DNA of 64,000 nucleotides from Octopus sinensis (taxonomy: Eukaryota). The stretch's first letter is position 1, and every line of letters starts with the position of its first letter. A program made the translations under genes and the position numbers. Below the pieces are notes generated by a model. The model did not search any database. It was not told the origin of the DNA and saw only the letters and a list, made by a program, of their open reading frames with translations. Shown here one piece after another: positions 25,155 to 36,748 of the stretch. The DNA lies in assembly GCF_006345805.1 (NCBI RefSeq), contig NC_043012.1:10912001-10976000 (forward strand), read 5' to 3'.

Positions 25155-25224
25155 CAGCTGTAGTAGTAGTAGTAGTAGTGTAGTAGCAGCAGCCACAGCA
25201 GTAGTAGTAGTAGTAGTAGTAGTA
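24638..25224. repeat. (AGT)n microsatellite with recurring internal GGT/AAT/CACC/GCT interruptions
   Basis: Direct reading. Confidence 0.95.
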
Positions 25225-25728
25225 TAAAGGGCAGAGAGAGAAGACGCAGGGGTGTGTGTGTCTGTGAGAAATTTTATATCAATCAGTCGCAAAAGACCAT
25301 TCTCTGGCTGAATCCCAGAATGCCTGTGTGTCACAGCGACATGGTACCTGTGTTCCTCACTTGAGTTTTAGAGAATGTTGGTGGTTATCGAGGGTCTGGA
25401 GTAGGTACAGTGTTTCTAGAGCCACACTATTTAATATATCTTCCGCTTGTGGTTTACGAGGTGTTGGAGATTTTGGCTGCTATTTCTAGCAAGTCGATCG
25501 ATCCTTGGTTAGTTCGGAATGATGAAGTAGAAAAGAGCACATTTGGGCTTTTTTTGTTTTTATGATTACCTCCCTTGAACTGTACCTGAAACTAAAATAT
25601 CTTATTCTCACCTAGAACCACACCTGTCTGTCTGTTCACTAATGAGTTTTAACAATTGTAAGATCACAATTTTATATTTCTGCTGCTGATATGAAACAAC
25701 GCACGTGTATACTCGAGCGCGTGTTTGT

Positions 25729-25810
<82 letters not shown>

Positions 25811-25902
25811 TGTGTCTGTGAATAATTGCTCTCATATTTTCTGTAGGTTTGTATGTGTGTGTGTGTACGTGTATAAATGTTCGCTTTCTCTATATATATA
25901 CT

Positions 25903-26278
25903 CTTTTACTCTTCTACTTGTTTCAGTCATGTGACTGTGGCCATGCTGGAGCACCGCCTTTAGTCGAGCAAATCGACCCCAGGACTTATTCTTTGTAAGC
26001 CTAGTACTTATTCTATCGGTCTCTTTTGCCGAACCGCTAAGTTACGGGGACGTAAACACACCAGCATCGGTTGTCAGGCGATGTTGGGGGGACAAACACA
26101 GACACACAAACACACACACACACATATATATATATACACATACGTCTACCAAATCCACTTTCAATGCCTTGGTCGGCCCGAGGCTATAGTAAAAGACACT
26201 TGACCAAGGTGCCACGCAGTGGGACGGAACCCGGAACCATATGGTTGGTAAGCAAGCTACTTACCAACAGCCACTCCT
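25903..26278 (-). mobile_element. SINE family A
   Basis: Reverse-complement match with internal deletion. Confidence 0.9.
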
Positions 26279-26660
26279 ATGTGTGTGTGTGTGTGTGTGT
26301 GTGTTGTGTGTGTGTGTGTATGTGTGTATGTGCATGTGTGTGTAAAAGTTACCTCAAGCCATGTTTAAATTAATAACACCTGATAATGTGTGTTTACTTA
26401 CATATTCACACACACACACACACACTCACACGAACACATACACACATTATCATCATTATAATTGTTGTTGTTATTGTTGTTAGGGCAGTGGTGGTTGGCG
26501 GAATAGTTTGACCATCGGGAAAAAAAATCCTTGTGTTCTGAGTTCAAATCCGGTTGAAACCAACCTTTGCCATCCTTCTCTTCAGAGTCGATAATATATC
26601 GGAGAAGTACTGGATCAATGGTTTCAACTAAACCATTTCAATTAAACTAAAAAAAAAAAA

Positions 26661-27356
26661 GCGGCGAGCTGGCAGAAACGTTAGCACGCCGGGCGAAATG
26701 CGTAGCCGTTTTCGTCTGCCGCTACGTTCCGAGTTCAAATTCCGCCGAGGTCGTCTTTGCCTTTCATCCTTTAGGGGTCGATTAAATAACTACCAGTTAC
26801 GCACTGGGGTCGATATAATCGACTTAATCCGTTTGTCTGTCCTTGTTTGTTCTCTCTGTGTTTAGCCCCTTGTGGGTAGTAAAGAAATAGGTATTTCGTC
26901 TGGCGTTACGTTCTGAGTTCAAATTCCGCCGAGGTCGACTTTGCCTTTCATCCTTTCGGGGTCGATAAATTAAGTACCAGTTACGCACTGGGGTCGATAT
27001 AATCGACTTCATCCGTTTGTCTGTCCTTGTTTGTCCCCTCTATGTTTAGCCCCTTGTGGGTAGTAAAAACTAGGTTTCAACTAAACTCTCTTCTTAAAAT
27101 TGCTGATCGTCAGCCAAAATAATTATAATCTATTTCTTTACTACCCACAAGGGGCTAAACACAGAGGGGACAAACAAGGACAGACAAACGGATTAAGTCG
27201 ATTATATCGACCCCAGTGCGTTACTGGTACTTATTTAATCGACCCCGAAAGGATGAAAGGCAAAGTCGACCTCGGCTGAATTTGAACTCAGAACGTAACG
27301 GCAGACGAAATACGGCTACGCATTTCGCCCGACGTGCTTACGTTTCTGCCAGCTCG
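26661..27356. mobile_element. Cluster of three young SINE B copies: 26661-26890 (+), 26891-27069 (+, 5'-truncated), 27131-27356 (-)
   Basis: High mutual identity; the last two are tail-to-tail inverted. Confidence 0.9.
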
Positions 27357-27936
27357 TTCAAAATAATCATAATCGTTATTGTGATTATATTTCATGGCAC
27401 AGAGTGGATATGAAGTATTTCTTTTGTCGTGTATTTCCCTCCAGGGCTTTGGACAGAAAGTACCGTTCGAAGAAAATTAGGCGTTTCAAGAGGAGCAGAC
27501 TTTTGGAGCACTCGCTTGTCTGTCTTGATGTTTAACTGTTCTAAATAGTAAGATATTTTTGAAGGAGTGGAGCCACGAATGACTGAAACATGTAAAAGAA
27601 TAAAAGATACTCTACACTGTCTTAATTGCTTTCTTTTAGAAGATACATGCTCGAAACTAATCAATAAGCGGCTTTCTTTATAAGAGAGTAGAGTTTATCA
27701 GAGACGCTACAGTGAGTCATGCACTTAGAGTTTAGTGCCAATGTCCTAATCAAAGTGCATTGGCAGAGTCACTGTAGCCTCTCAGCTACAATTTGAAAAT
27801 ATGAATATTCTGCTTTATATGCTGAATTCTATTTCTCTAATTTGTAGAACTAAGCATATATATATACATGCATATACATACATTTAAACATACATGCATA
27901 CGTCTATACCCCACCGCACATAAAAATACATACTCC

Positions 27937-27990
<54 letters not shown>

Positions 27991-28102
27991 TGCAATTTTG
28001 CAACTTGTAATAAAGCCTGTCTTTGTATGAAACAATTGTAACTAAAAACTAATCCATTCTTGTTGCTTCTTTTTCGTATATATATATATATATATACACC
28101 AC

Positions 28103-28140
<38 letters not shown>

Positions 28141-28141
<1 letters not shown>

Positions 28142-28320
28142 ACCGCGTGTGTACCGTTGGCCAAATGTTTTCCCTCTGCCTTCCCTTCTCTGGATCTTTC
28201 CTTCTCCTATGTTTCTGACGAAGAGCTCCGCTCGAAACGCTAAACCCTCCTTCTTACCTGAGTGTCCAATAATACTATATTTGTTCCACGTCCTCGCGTG
28301 GTTGTGTTTTCATGTTTGGA
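28141..28320 (+). mobile_element. PLE-type pseudo-LTR fragment between (TG)n arrays
   Basis: Contains the hammerhead-like motif at 28211 and a downstream CCTGAGTGTCCAATAATAC motif shared with 34671-34915. Confidence 0.6.
28211..28245 (+). ncRNA. Minimal hammerhead motif, probably inactivated (GCU at the cleavage triplet)
   Basis: GUUU-CUGACGA-A-GAGC-UCC-GCUC-GAAAC-GCU-AAAC. Confidence 0.7.
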
Positions 28321-28371
28321 TTAACTATATATGTGTGTGTGTGTGTGTGTATGTGTGTGTGTGTGTGTGTG

Positions 28372-28405
<34 letters not shown>

Positions 28406-28411
28406 GTTGTG

Positions 28412-28444
<33 letters not shown>

Positions 28445-28844
28445 CATTCTTTAAGAGACGACGATACTCGATATTTAATAGGAAATAACTCCTGCCAGCC
28501 TAGCTTTAAGACCACCAGCCCACGCGGTTTCGATCTGTATTGAATCTCCTCGGTGGTAGAAACTCGTGGCCAGGCATGGCAGCAGTTTAACCTCACTTGC
28601 AATATATAAAAAAAAATACAGTGTAATACAATCACTAATTCTGCAACTAGGAAACTAGTCCGTTAGAAAATCTATGTTCGAGATAGAAACAGTAGACTAA
28701 TCAACAAGTATTGTTTTTGGTCATTTTAATGTGCCTGTCCTCTAAGAGACGACAATACTGCCATTTAATCCTAAGAAAGGATTGCCTCCAGCCGGTCTAT
28801 TCAGGGCGCTTGTCACACTCACTATTTATTGCAAGCGGTTATTA

Positions 28845-28870
28845 TTATATATATATATATATATATATAC

Positions 28871-28924
<54 letters not shown>

Positions 28925-29003
28925 TATCTATATATATATACGTATATATATAGTATATTATATATATATTATATATATATATATATATAATACGATATAT
29001 ATA

Positions 29004-29059
<56 letters not shown>

Positions 29060-29409
29060 GTATATAAATAAATATGTATGTATGTATATATGTATAATTA
29101 TATATTATATATATATATATATACACATACTATATATATAATATATATATATAATATTATATATATATATATATATATAATACGTATAGATAATATATAT
29201 AATTATATATATATATATTTTTATATATATATATATATATCATATATATATATATATATATTATATATATAATATATATAGATATATATATATATATCTA
29301 TATATATATTATATATATATATATATATATTAGAAATATTAAAATTACTAAGTCTCTCTAAAAGAGAACAACGGCAGCGTTCCCGAAAATAATAGTTATC
29401 GCCATACTA

Positions 29410-29451
<42 letters not shown>

Positions 29452-29865
29452 TATATATATATATATATCTATATATATATATATATATATTATATATACA
29501 TCCCTTGTTCCTGCAACTTTATGGCCTTGTGCCGAAGTTAGAATCAATAGCCTAAATAACTGCTGCTCTTACTCAGAGACTTTTGTTCATGGGCAACAAC
29601 AACAACAACAACTAATAAATATATTACCAAAGTATGTGAGTGGTAATCATCGTTAATCGATATGAGCAAATAAAACATGTTTTTATATTTTTGCCTATAT
29701 TTATAACACCGGCCGAATGGATAGTTTTTAATCCATCATACCTCCTCGCTGCTACCTGCCAGCTTAGAGTTAATTAACCGACTTTAATCTCATCATTAAC
29801 AGTAATTTAGCTGGGCACTTTTTGTTTTCACATTTTATTCCTTGTACTTCTCTTTTTCCTTTTTT

Positions 29866-29905
<40 letters not shown>

Positions 29906-30208
29906 ATATAAATATATATATATATAGTATATATATATTATATATATATATACATATTTATATATACATATATATATATTTATATACATACATCTTTATA
30001 TATACCCTATATATATATATACATATATTAATACATATATACACACATATATTATATTAAACAATATATCTAATAACACACAATATATATATATATAATT
30101 ATATATAATTATATATTATATACATTCAACATACATACATACATTATCATATGTATATATATATGTATATATATATATTATTATACATACATATATACCA
30201 TATATATA

Positions 30209-30239
<31 letters not shown>

Positions 30240-30255
30240 ATATATAAATATATAG

Positions 30256-30290
<35 letters not shown>

Positions 30291-30478
30291 ATACAATATA
30301 ATATATACTTATATATATATATATACATACAATTTATATACATATATATATATATATACATATATATATACATATATACCACAATATATATATACACATA
30401 TATATATATATACACCATATATATATATATATATATTATATATATACATTCATACATACATACATACATATATACATA

Positions 30479-30519
<41 letters not shown>

Positions 30520-30525
30520 CATATT

Positions 30526-30567
<42 letters not shown>

Positions 30568-30570
30568 GAT
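28845..30570. repeat. Extended (TA)n-rich low-complexity region with short unique/SINE islands
   Basis: Direct reading. Confidence 0.9.
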
Positions 30571-30735
30571 ATTTGTTGCACCTTTTTTCTTTCTTATTCT
30601 TATTTTCTAAAAACTCTTTCACCTTCATCATTGCTTTCTTTTTCTTCTTCTTTGGCTTTGCTTCATTCTTTCAGATTCCTGTTTCTTCTTCTGGTATACT
30701 ACTGGCTACTACTGCTACTGCTGCTGCTGCTGCTA

Positions 30736-30782
<47 letters not shown>

Positions 30783-31783
30783 CACCACCACCACTATTGT
30801 TGCTACTGCTACTATTGTTACCACCAGCACCAGCACCACCATAACCACCACTACCACTACCACCACCACTATTGCTGCTGCTGCTACTACTACTACTACT
30901 ACTACTGACAAAGAAACTTCGAAATGGTCGTTGGGCCAGCTAGGAACAGCAGCCAAAGCTTCCCAAATCACAACATGCCGTTCTTAAAAATGTAAGATAC
31001 ATTATACAAACTTGTCCTAGGTAGAAAAACAGAGGTAATGGCCAAATCTGGAATATCTATGATCTGTTCGATCAAGATTGACTAAGAACGACACAACAGT
31101 AACAACTGGTTGCCATCAGGTAGAATCGTTAGAGTGTCTGAAAAAAATGCTTTGCAGTATTTCTCCCAAATCTTTACATACTAAGTTCAAATCCAGCTAG
31201 AGTCAACTTTGCCCTTCACCTCTCTGGGGTTCAATAACATAAAGTACCAGTAAAATATTCGGGTCTATGTCATCGATTGACACTCCATCCCATCATTTCT
31301 CTCAAAATCGATAACCTTGAGCCGAAACTAGAAGTAAGGATTGCTAGGTTACGTTTAGCAGAATCGGTAGAGCGCCGAACGAAATGTCACTGGGACCAAC
31401 TTTACTTTTCATCATCTTGGGGGTCAATAAAATGAAGTACCAGTCAAGTACTAGGGTCAATGGGATCGATTATCCACCATTTTGATTTCTCACCTTGTGT
31501 CTACATAAGAAACTGAAAGTGGTTAACCTTCTGCAAGATTTCTCGAAATTCATCCATTCCAGTGGTTCACTTCCTCTAACAAGTAATATTCTGGATATCT
31601 TGAAGATTGCATACATTTTGGATAATGTCTGCGTCTATTAGATAGCCGGATAACTGAAGAGATGGGCGTGGATTTCCACCTCGGCATCCGAAACTCGGAG
31701 TTTTATCATAGCTAACCGAATAATTATCACATATTACATTTACAGATATATGTTATATATATATATATATATTATATATATAT

Positions 31784-31837
<54 letters not shown>

Positions 31838-31867
31838 TATATATATATGTATATAATATATACATAT

Positions 31868-31967
31868 ACGGGAAGCTTATGAAAATAAACAAAAGACGAA
31901 GGCAGGTGGAGTCCAAACAAACAATTGTATTAGTATGGCGCTCAGGAATATAAATAAAACAGTCTTT
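31868..31967 (-). mobile_element. Truncated sister copy of the 34671-34915 PLE-type element
   Basis: gggaagcttatgaaaataaacaaaagacgaaggcagg ... gcgctcaggaatataaataaaacagtcttt, flanked by (TA)n. Confidence 0.85.
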
Positions 31968-31976
31968 ATATATATA

Positions 31977-32013
<37 letters not shown>

Positions 32014-32129
32014 ATCACCTGTTCTAACGTCTGCTCTCCACACATTTTGTCCATATGCGATCTTTAATTTTTCTTCAGCGCTTTCTCCCTTAGTTATTTT
32101 CTCCCATATCACTGAGTAGCATCACAAGA

Positions 32130-32405
32130 GAAGACTCGATCCTGGAACTCATCTAAACCATTCGTGAATGCTAATTAATGGAAGCTGTCCAGCTAGTGAC
32201 CTTGAAGCAGGTGGTAGAAACCGGTGCCTTTGTTCCAAGGTCAAAACATGGATTGCGGTGAATAGAATGGGGAAAAAGAAGTGAACTTGTATGTAAGCCA
32301 CATCAACGTGTTTCTCGTCGACATTCAGATACACTGGAGTCGTACTTACAACTGAAATAAGATATTTAAACATTCCGTTTACACTGACTTTGATCCTCCC
32401 CTCCG
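32130..32405 (+). mobile_element. Possible mariner 3'-end relic
   Basis: LMEAVQ..., ETGAFVPRSKH..GE*NGEK resembles the mariner C-terminus (LVPRW.KC...GDYVEK); ends ctgactttgatcctccctc, like a mariner TIR. Confidence 0.35.
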
Positions 32406-32956
32406 CTCTCACTCTATATATATATGTGTGTGTGTATGTTTTATATATGTATATGTGTGTGTGTGATATATATGTATGCATGTATGCATATTATACGTAC
32501 GTACACGCCACACATATTCATACATACATACATACATACATACATACGTACGTACATACATACATACATACATACATACATACATACATACATACATACA
32601 TACATACATACGTACGTACATACATACATACATACATACGTACGTACGTACGTACATACATACATACATACATACATACATACATACATACATACATACA
32701 TACATACGTACGTACGTACATACATACGTACATACATACATACATACATACATACATACATACATACGTACGTACGTACATACATACGTACGTACATACA
32801 TACATACGTACATACACATTACTGTGATTCTCCCTCTCTCCCCACTCCACCAATCGTTCTCTCTTCCCATCTCTTTCTTTCTCTTTCTCTCTCTCTATCT
32901 CTTCCCCCTTCTGTCTCTCTCTCACTCTCTTTTTTGCTCTTTTCCCTTTAATCCAG

Positions 32957-33146
32957 AAAGAAGCGGCGGAGGTGGTGACGCTTACAATAAATATCATGGC
33001 CGAGAAATTTGAAGAAGTGTTTGGGGAGAAAAACTTAGTCATCGCCTTCATTAATTCCTTTCGTCATCGTCTCTGGGCTGCCACCGCCACCGCCACCGCT
33101 CCCAACATCACCACCAGCACCACCAGCACCACCACCAAAACCACCA

Positions 33147-33177
<31 letters not shown>

Positions 33178-33331
33178 TACTGCTTCTATGCCACCGCAAC
33201 CTCCAAACCACCATCATCACTATCGCCATCACCACCACTACCACCAACTCCAGCAACACTACCGTCACCACCAACCACCACCACCACCCCTATCACCACC
33301 GCCCTTATCACCATCACTACTATCCTTATAA
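32957..33331 (+). CDS. Candidate terminal exon (KEAAEVVTLTINIMAEKFEEVFGEKNLVIAFINSFRHRLW + low complexity)
   Basis: Long pyrimidine tract then ttaatccag|; the only open frame runs 124 codons; the pyrimidine tract is itself a (CT)n repeat. Confidence 0.25.
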
Positions 33332-33636
33332 TCATTACATCTACTCTCCCTTACCATGTAGGCAACATGATAAGTTCTTGTTTAACTTACATTTGGCAAC
33401 AATCCAAACAACACACCCCTACAGGCATTCTTCTTCGATTATTTCTTTTCATGTCAGTAATTATCATCAACACCATCATCATCATCATCCTCACCATCTT
33501 CATCATCATCGCTATCGTCGTCGTCGCCATCATCATCATCAGCAGCAGCAGCAGCAGCGTCATCATCGTCATCGTCATCATCATCGTCATCGTCATCGTC
33601 ATCATCATCATCATCATCATCATCATTATCATAATC

Positions 33637-33668
<32 letters not shown>

Positions 33669-33690
33669 ATTGTTATTATTATTATTATTA

Positions 33691-33725
<35 letters not shown>

Positions 33726-34001
33726 GTTATTGTTATTCTCAGCTGTAGCATTTTGGAGATTATTTCAAACAGGGTCTCCTATTAAAAATTTTAGGAATTA
33801 CTAACCAGTTCTCAAGTTAGACAACAAGGCCGCTTTCTTTCATTTAAAAAAAAATGAATAAATAAAATTCCACTTTTATTCTACTCTCAAACTGCAAAAG
33901 AAAATAGCTTCTCGTTTTTCTTAACCACACCCCACCCAACACAAGTAGCACTGAACAATGCAAAACTGCTGCCAAAAACATATTGTAAAATATTTTTTTT
34001 A

Positions 34002-34160
34002 GGAGTGGCTGTGTGGTAAGTAGCTTACTTACGAACCACATGGTTCCGGGTTCAGTCCCACTGCGTGGCACCTTGGGCAAGTGCTTTCCACTATAGCCTC
34101 GGGCCGACCAAATCCTTGTGAGTGGATTTGGTAGACGGAAACTGAAAGAAGCCCGTCGTA
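34002..34160 (+). mobile_element. SINE family A, 5' half
   Basis: Family A head up to the internal (TA)n. Confidence 0.9.
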
Positions 34161-34204
34161 TATATTTATGTAATTATATATATATATATATATATATATA
34201 AATG

Positions 34205-34238
<34 letters not shown>

Positions 34239-34241
<3 letters not shown>

Positions 34242-34555
34242 ATTATATAGAGAGCTTCTACAGGGCTAGAACTGTTTTCATTCAAGAGAAATCTTCAGGA
34301 AGCTAGTTAACAAGAATTGTATTGGCATTTATACATTTAGGCAGGTTTAAAGGGGTGGTGGTGGGGGACTTTTGGGGTAGGCATAGCGCAAAAAAATCAT
34401 TGCGCTATGCCTACCCCCAAAAAGTCCCCCACCACCACCCCTTTAAACCTGCCTAAATGTATAAATGCCAATCCAATTCTTGTTAACTAGCTTCCTGAAG
34501 ATTTCTCTTGAATGAAACATTTCTAGCCCTGTAGAAGCTCCTTCTATATAATAAA
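34239..34555. repeat. ~317-bp near-perfect palindrome (arms ~153 bp, 8-nt loop)
   Basis: ...ggggtaggcatagcgcaa-aaaaatca-ttgcgctatgcctacccc...; arms complementary out to tttattatatag / ctatataataaa. Confidence 0.95.
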
Positions 34556-34626
34556 TTAATTTTACTCTGCTATGTATTGAGTACCTTATTTACTGTGGTT
34601 AACCCCGAATCAACCCGGGACCTCCA

Positions 34627-34665
<39 letters not shown>

Positions 34666-34670
34666 ATATA

Positions 34671-34915
34671 TAACGGGAAGCTTTATGAAAATAAACAAAG
34701 ACGAAGGCAGCTGGAACAAACAAACAATTGTATTAGCATGGCGCTCAGGAATATAAATAAAACAAGTCTTTTACGTTTCGAGCCTACGCTCTTCAACAGA
34801 AAGATACACAGAAGAAACACAGAAAAACACAGAAGAAAAAAATGCGTGCAGAGGCTAGCGAATCAACATGGCGATCTGATTTCGGCCAGAAGGTCAAAGA
34901 TCAAACGTGAGACGC
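34671..34915 (-). mobile_element. PLE-type pseudo-LTR element between (TA)n arrays
   Basis: Contains the hammerhead motif; second copy at 31868. Confidence 0.7.
34767..34804 (-). ncRNA. Minimal hammerhead motif with A6U core variant
   Basis: UCUUU-CUGUUGA-A-GAGC-GUAG-GCUC-GAAAC-GUA-AAAGA. Confidence 0.7.
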
Positions 34916-35096
34916 AATAATATATATATATATATATATGTATGTATTTATGTATGTATGTATGTATGTATGTATGTATGTATGTATGTATGTATGTATG
35001 TATGTATACCATAATAACCCAAGTATCCATCCATGGAGGATAAGTCTACCGGTTTGTTCTTTACTGTTGTTGTTTGTAAAGAATTCTAATCATCCT

Positions 35097-35127
<31 letters not shown>

Positions 35128-35759
35128 TTAATTCTTTCTCAAGCATAACATACTTTGGTAGATCGAGGGACCATGTAAAGGTACTCTAGTTGATTAGTCC
35201 CACTGAATTTAGATGGTGGTGGTGTGTGGAGGGGTCTGGAGGGTTCCAACACAATTTATTGCCACACAACCCTAAGAGGAGGAATTAAACAACTACCACT
35301 GCTTCAGTAAATCCACTGATGAGGTCATACACTAACCGAAACATGTTCCAAGTTGTCTGTCATATTTGTCAGTAAAAAATGTAAGATAATATTGTTTTGG
35401 TTTCTTTCTTTTTCACTTTTACGGCATGGCTATATCTAGCTAACCTTTCTTGATGTCCCATGAATTAAATATATAAACATTAACTTGGTTTTAATTTTTC
35501 ATGCAGACAACGCCTCTGAATAATATATTGTCTAAAACAAGAGCGGAGAACAACTCGTCTGCATTCAATCTGAAATTGCGGAAAGGGTAAGTCTCTAACA
35601 GCTCGCATGAGATAATACTTTAATCCTTAATGCCAAAATTTAATCCAGGCAGCAGCAGTAAACTCTCTCTCCTATTTTGTACGGCCATTGATGTGGCGTC
35701 CGTGAGGTTGAGCAGATGGTAATGGTGTCTTCATGTAGTTAATATTTTATCGTCGTAAA

Positions 35760-36190
35760 GCGGTGAGCTGGTAGAATCGTTTGCACTCCGGGTAAAATGC
35801 TTAGCGGCACTTCTTCCGACTTTTGAGTTATGAGTTCAGATTTCGCCGAGGTCGACTTCGCATTTTATCCTTTTGGAGTCGACAAAATGAGTACCAGCTG
35901 AGTACCTTAGGATCGATATAATCAACTAGCCTCTCTCCCGAATTTGCTGGACTTGTGCCAAAATTTGAAACCAATATTTTGCCGTCGTAAAGGCGGCAAT
36001 TGGCAGAATCGTTATTGTGTTGGGCAAAGTGCTTAGCGGCATTTCTTCCGTCTTTACTTTCTGAGTTCAAATTCCGCCGAGGTCGACTTTGCATTTTATC
36101 CTTTCAAGATCGATAAAATGAGTACCAGATATAATCAACTAGCCCCATCCCTTGAAATTACTGGCCTTGTGCCTAAATTTGAAACTAATA
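35760..36190 (+). mobile_element. Two tandem SINE B copies (alternative tail)
   Basis: Heads at ~35760 and ~35990, each followed by core and aaatttgaaacc tail. Confidence 0.85.
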
Positions 36191-36368
36191 TTTGATCGTC
36201 GTTTAAGTTATCAATATGGTTTAAATCGGTACACATTGTGCGTTTTCTCTTGAAAGATTTACCAAAAATGATGAATCTGGGGGTTTGTTGCATCCCTCCA
36301 TAAGTTACATCCTCATGAAATTTATAACATTCAAAATTGAAATATAAGATTTATCAGTTTTCTCAGCA

Positions 36369-36748
36369 CAGATGTCCCTTGGGGTGCTACTTTGGCATGT
36401 GATCGACAACCCAAAGGGCGATTACTTTAGATTACTTTTCTATTTCTAAAAGGATTTAATATGTCGGCTAAAGATTTTTTACAATAAATTCTTTTGTTCA
36501 TACTTAGCATAATAAAGGTTTTTGCTTTCAAAATTCTTACTATTTTAATGACAATATAACCATGATTCATTTGTGTTCTGGTAAATTAGAAGAAATCAAG
36601 AACAAACAATATAATAATTAGAATGAGCGCTTAGATCACACAAGTTTGGTTGCCGCGTGTTTTGCAAAGAAACTAAAAACTAACCTAAAGCAATCGCCCT
36701 TGAAGTTGTAGATCACACGCCAAGATAGCACCCCTTTAGGGTTGTCTG
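36369..36748. mobile_element. Tc1/mariner-type MITE with ~90-bp imperfect TIRs
   Basis: CAGATGTCCCTTGGGGTGCTACTTTGGCATGTGATC... / ...GATCACACGCCAAGATAGCACCCCTTTAGGGTTGTCTG|TA. Confidence 0.7.

Noticed and set aside
24541-25334. Poly-Ser/Val/Leu ORFs of 200-260 aa (also 30.6, 33.4, 42.1 kb)
   Set aside because: Trinucleotide repeats lacking stops by composition; no splice or domain support.
32390-33051. Long MYVC/HTYI/YIYI ORFs (also 28.8-30.5, 39.1, 41.4, 45.5, 54.3-55.4, 59.8-62.5 kb)
   Set aside because: Translations of (TATG)n, (TG)n and (TA)n microsatellites, open in several frames on both strands.
35316-35347. CTGATGAG-GT..ACC-GAAAC hammerhead-like string
   Set aside because: Core and stem II are present but flanks do not form stem I; at best a decayed relic.
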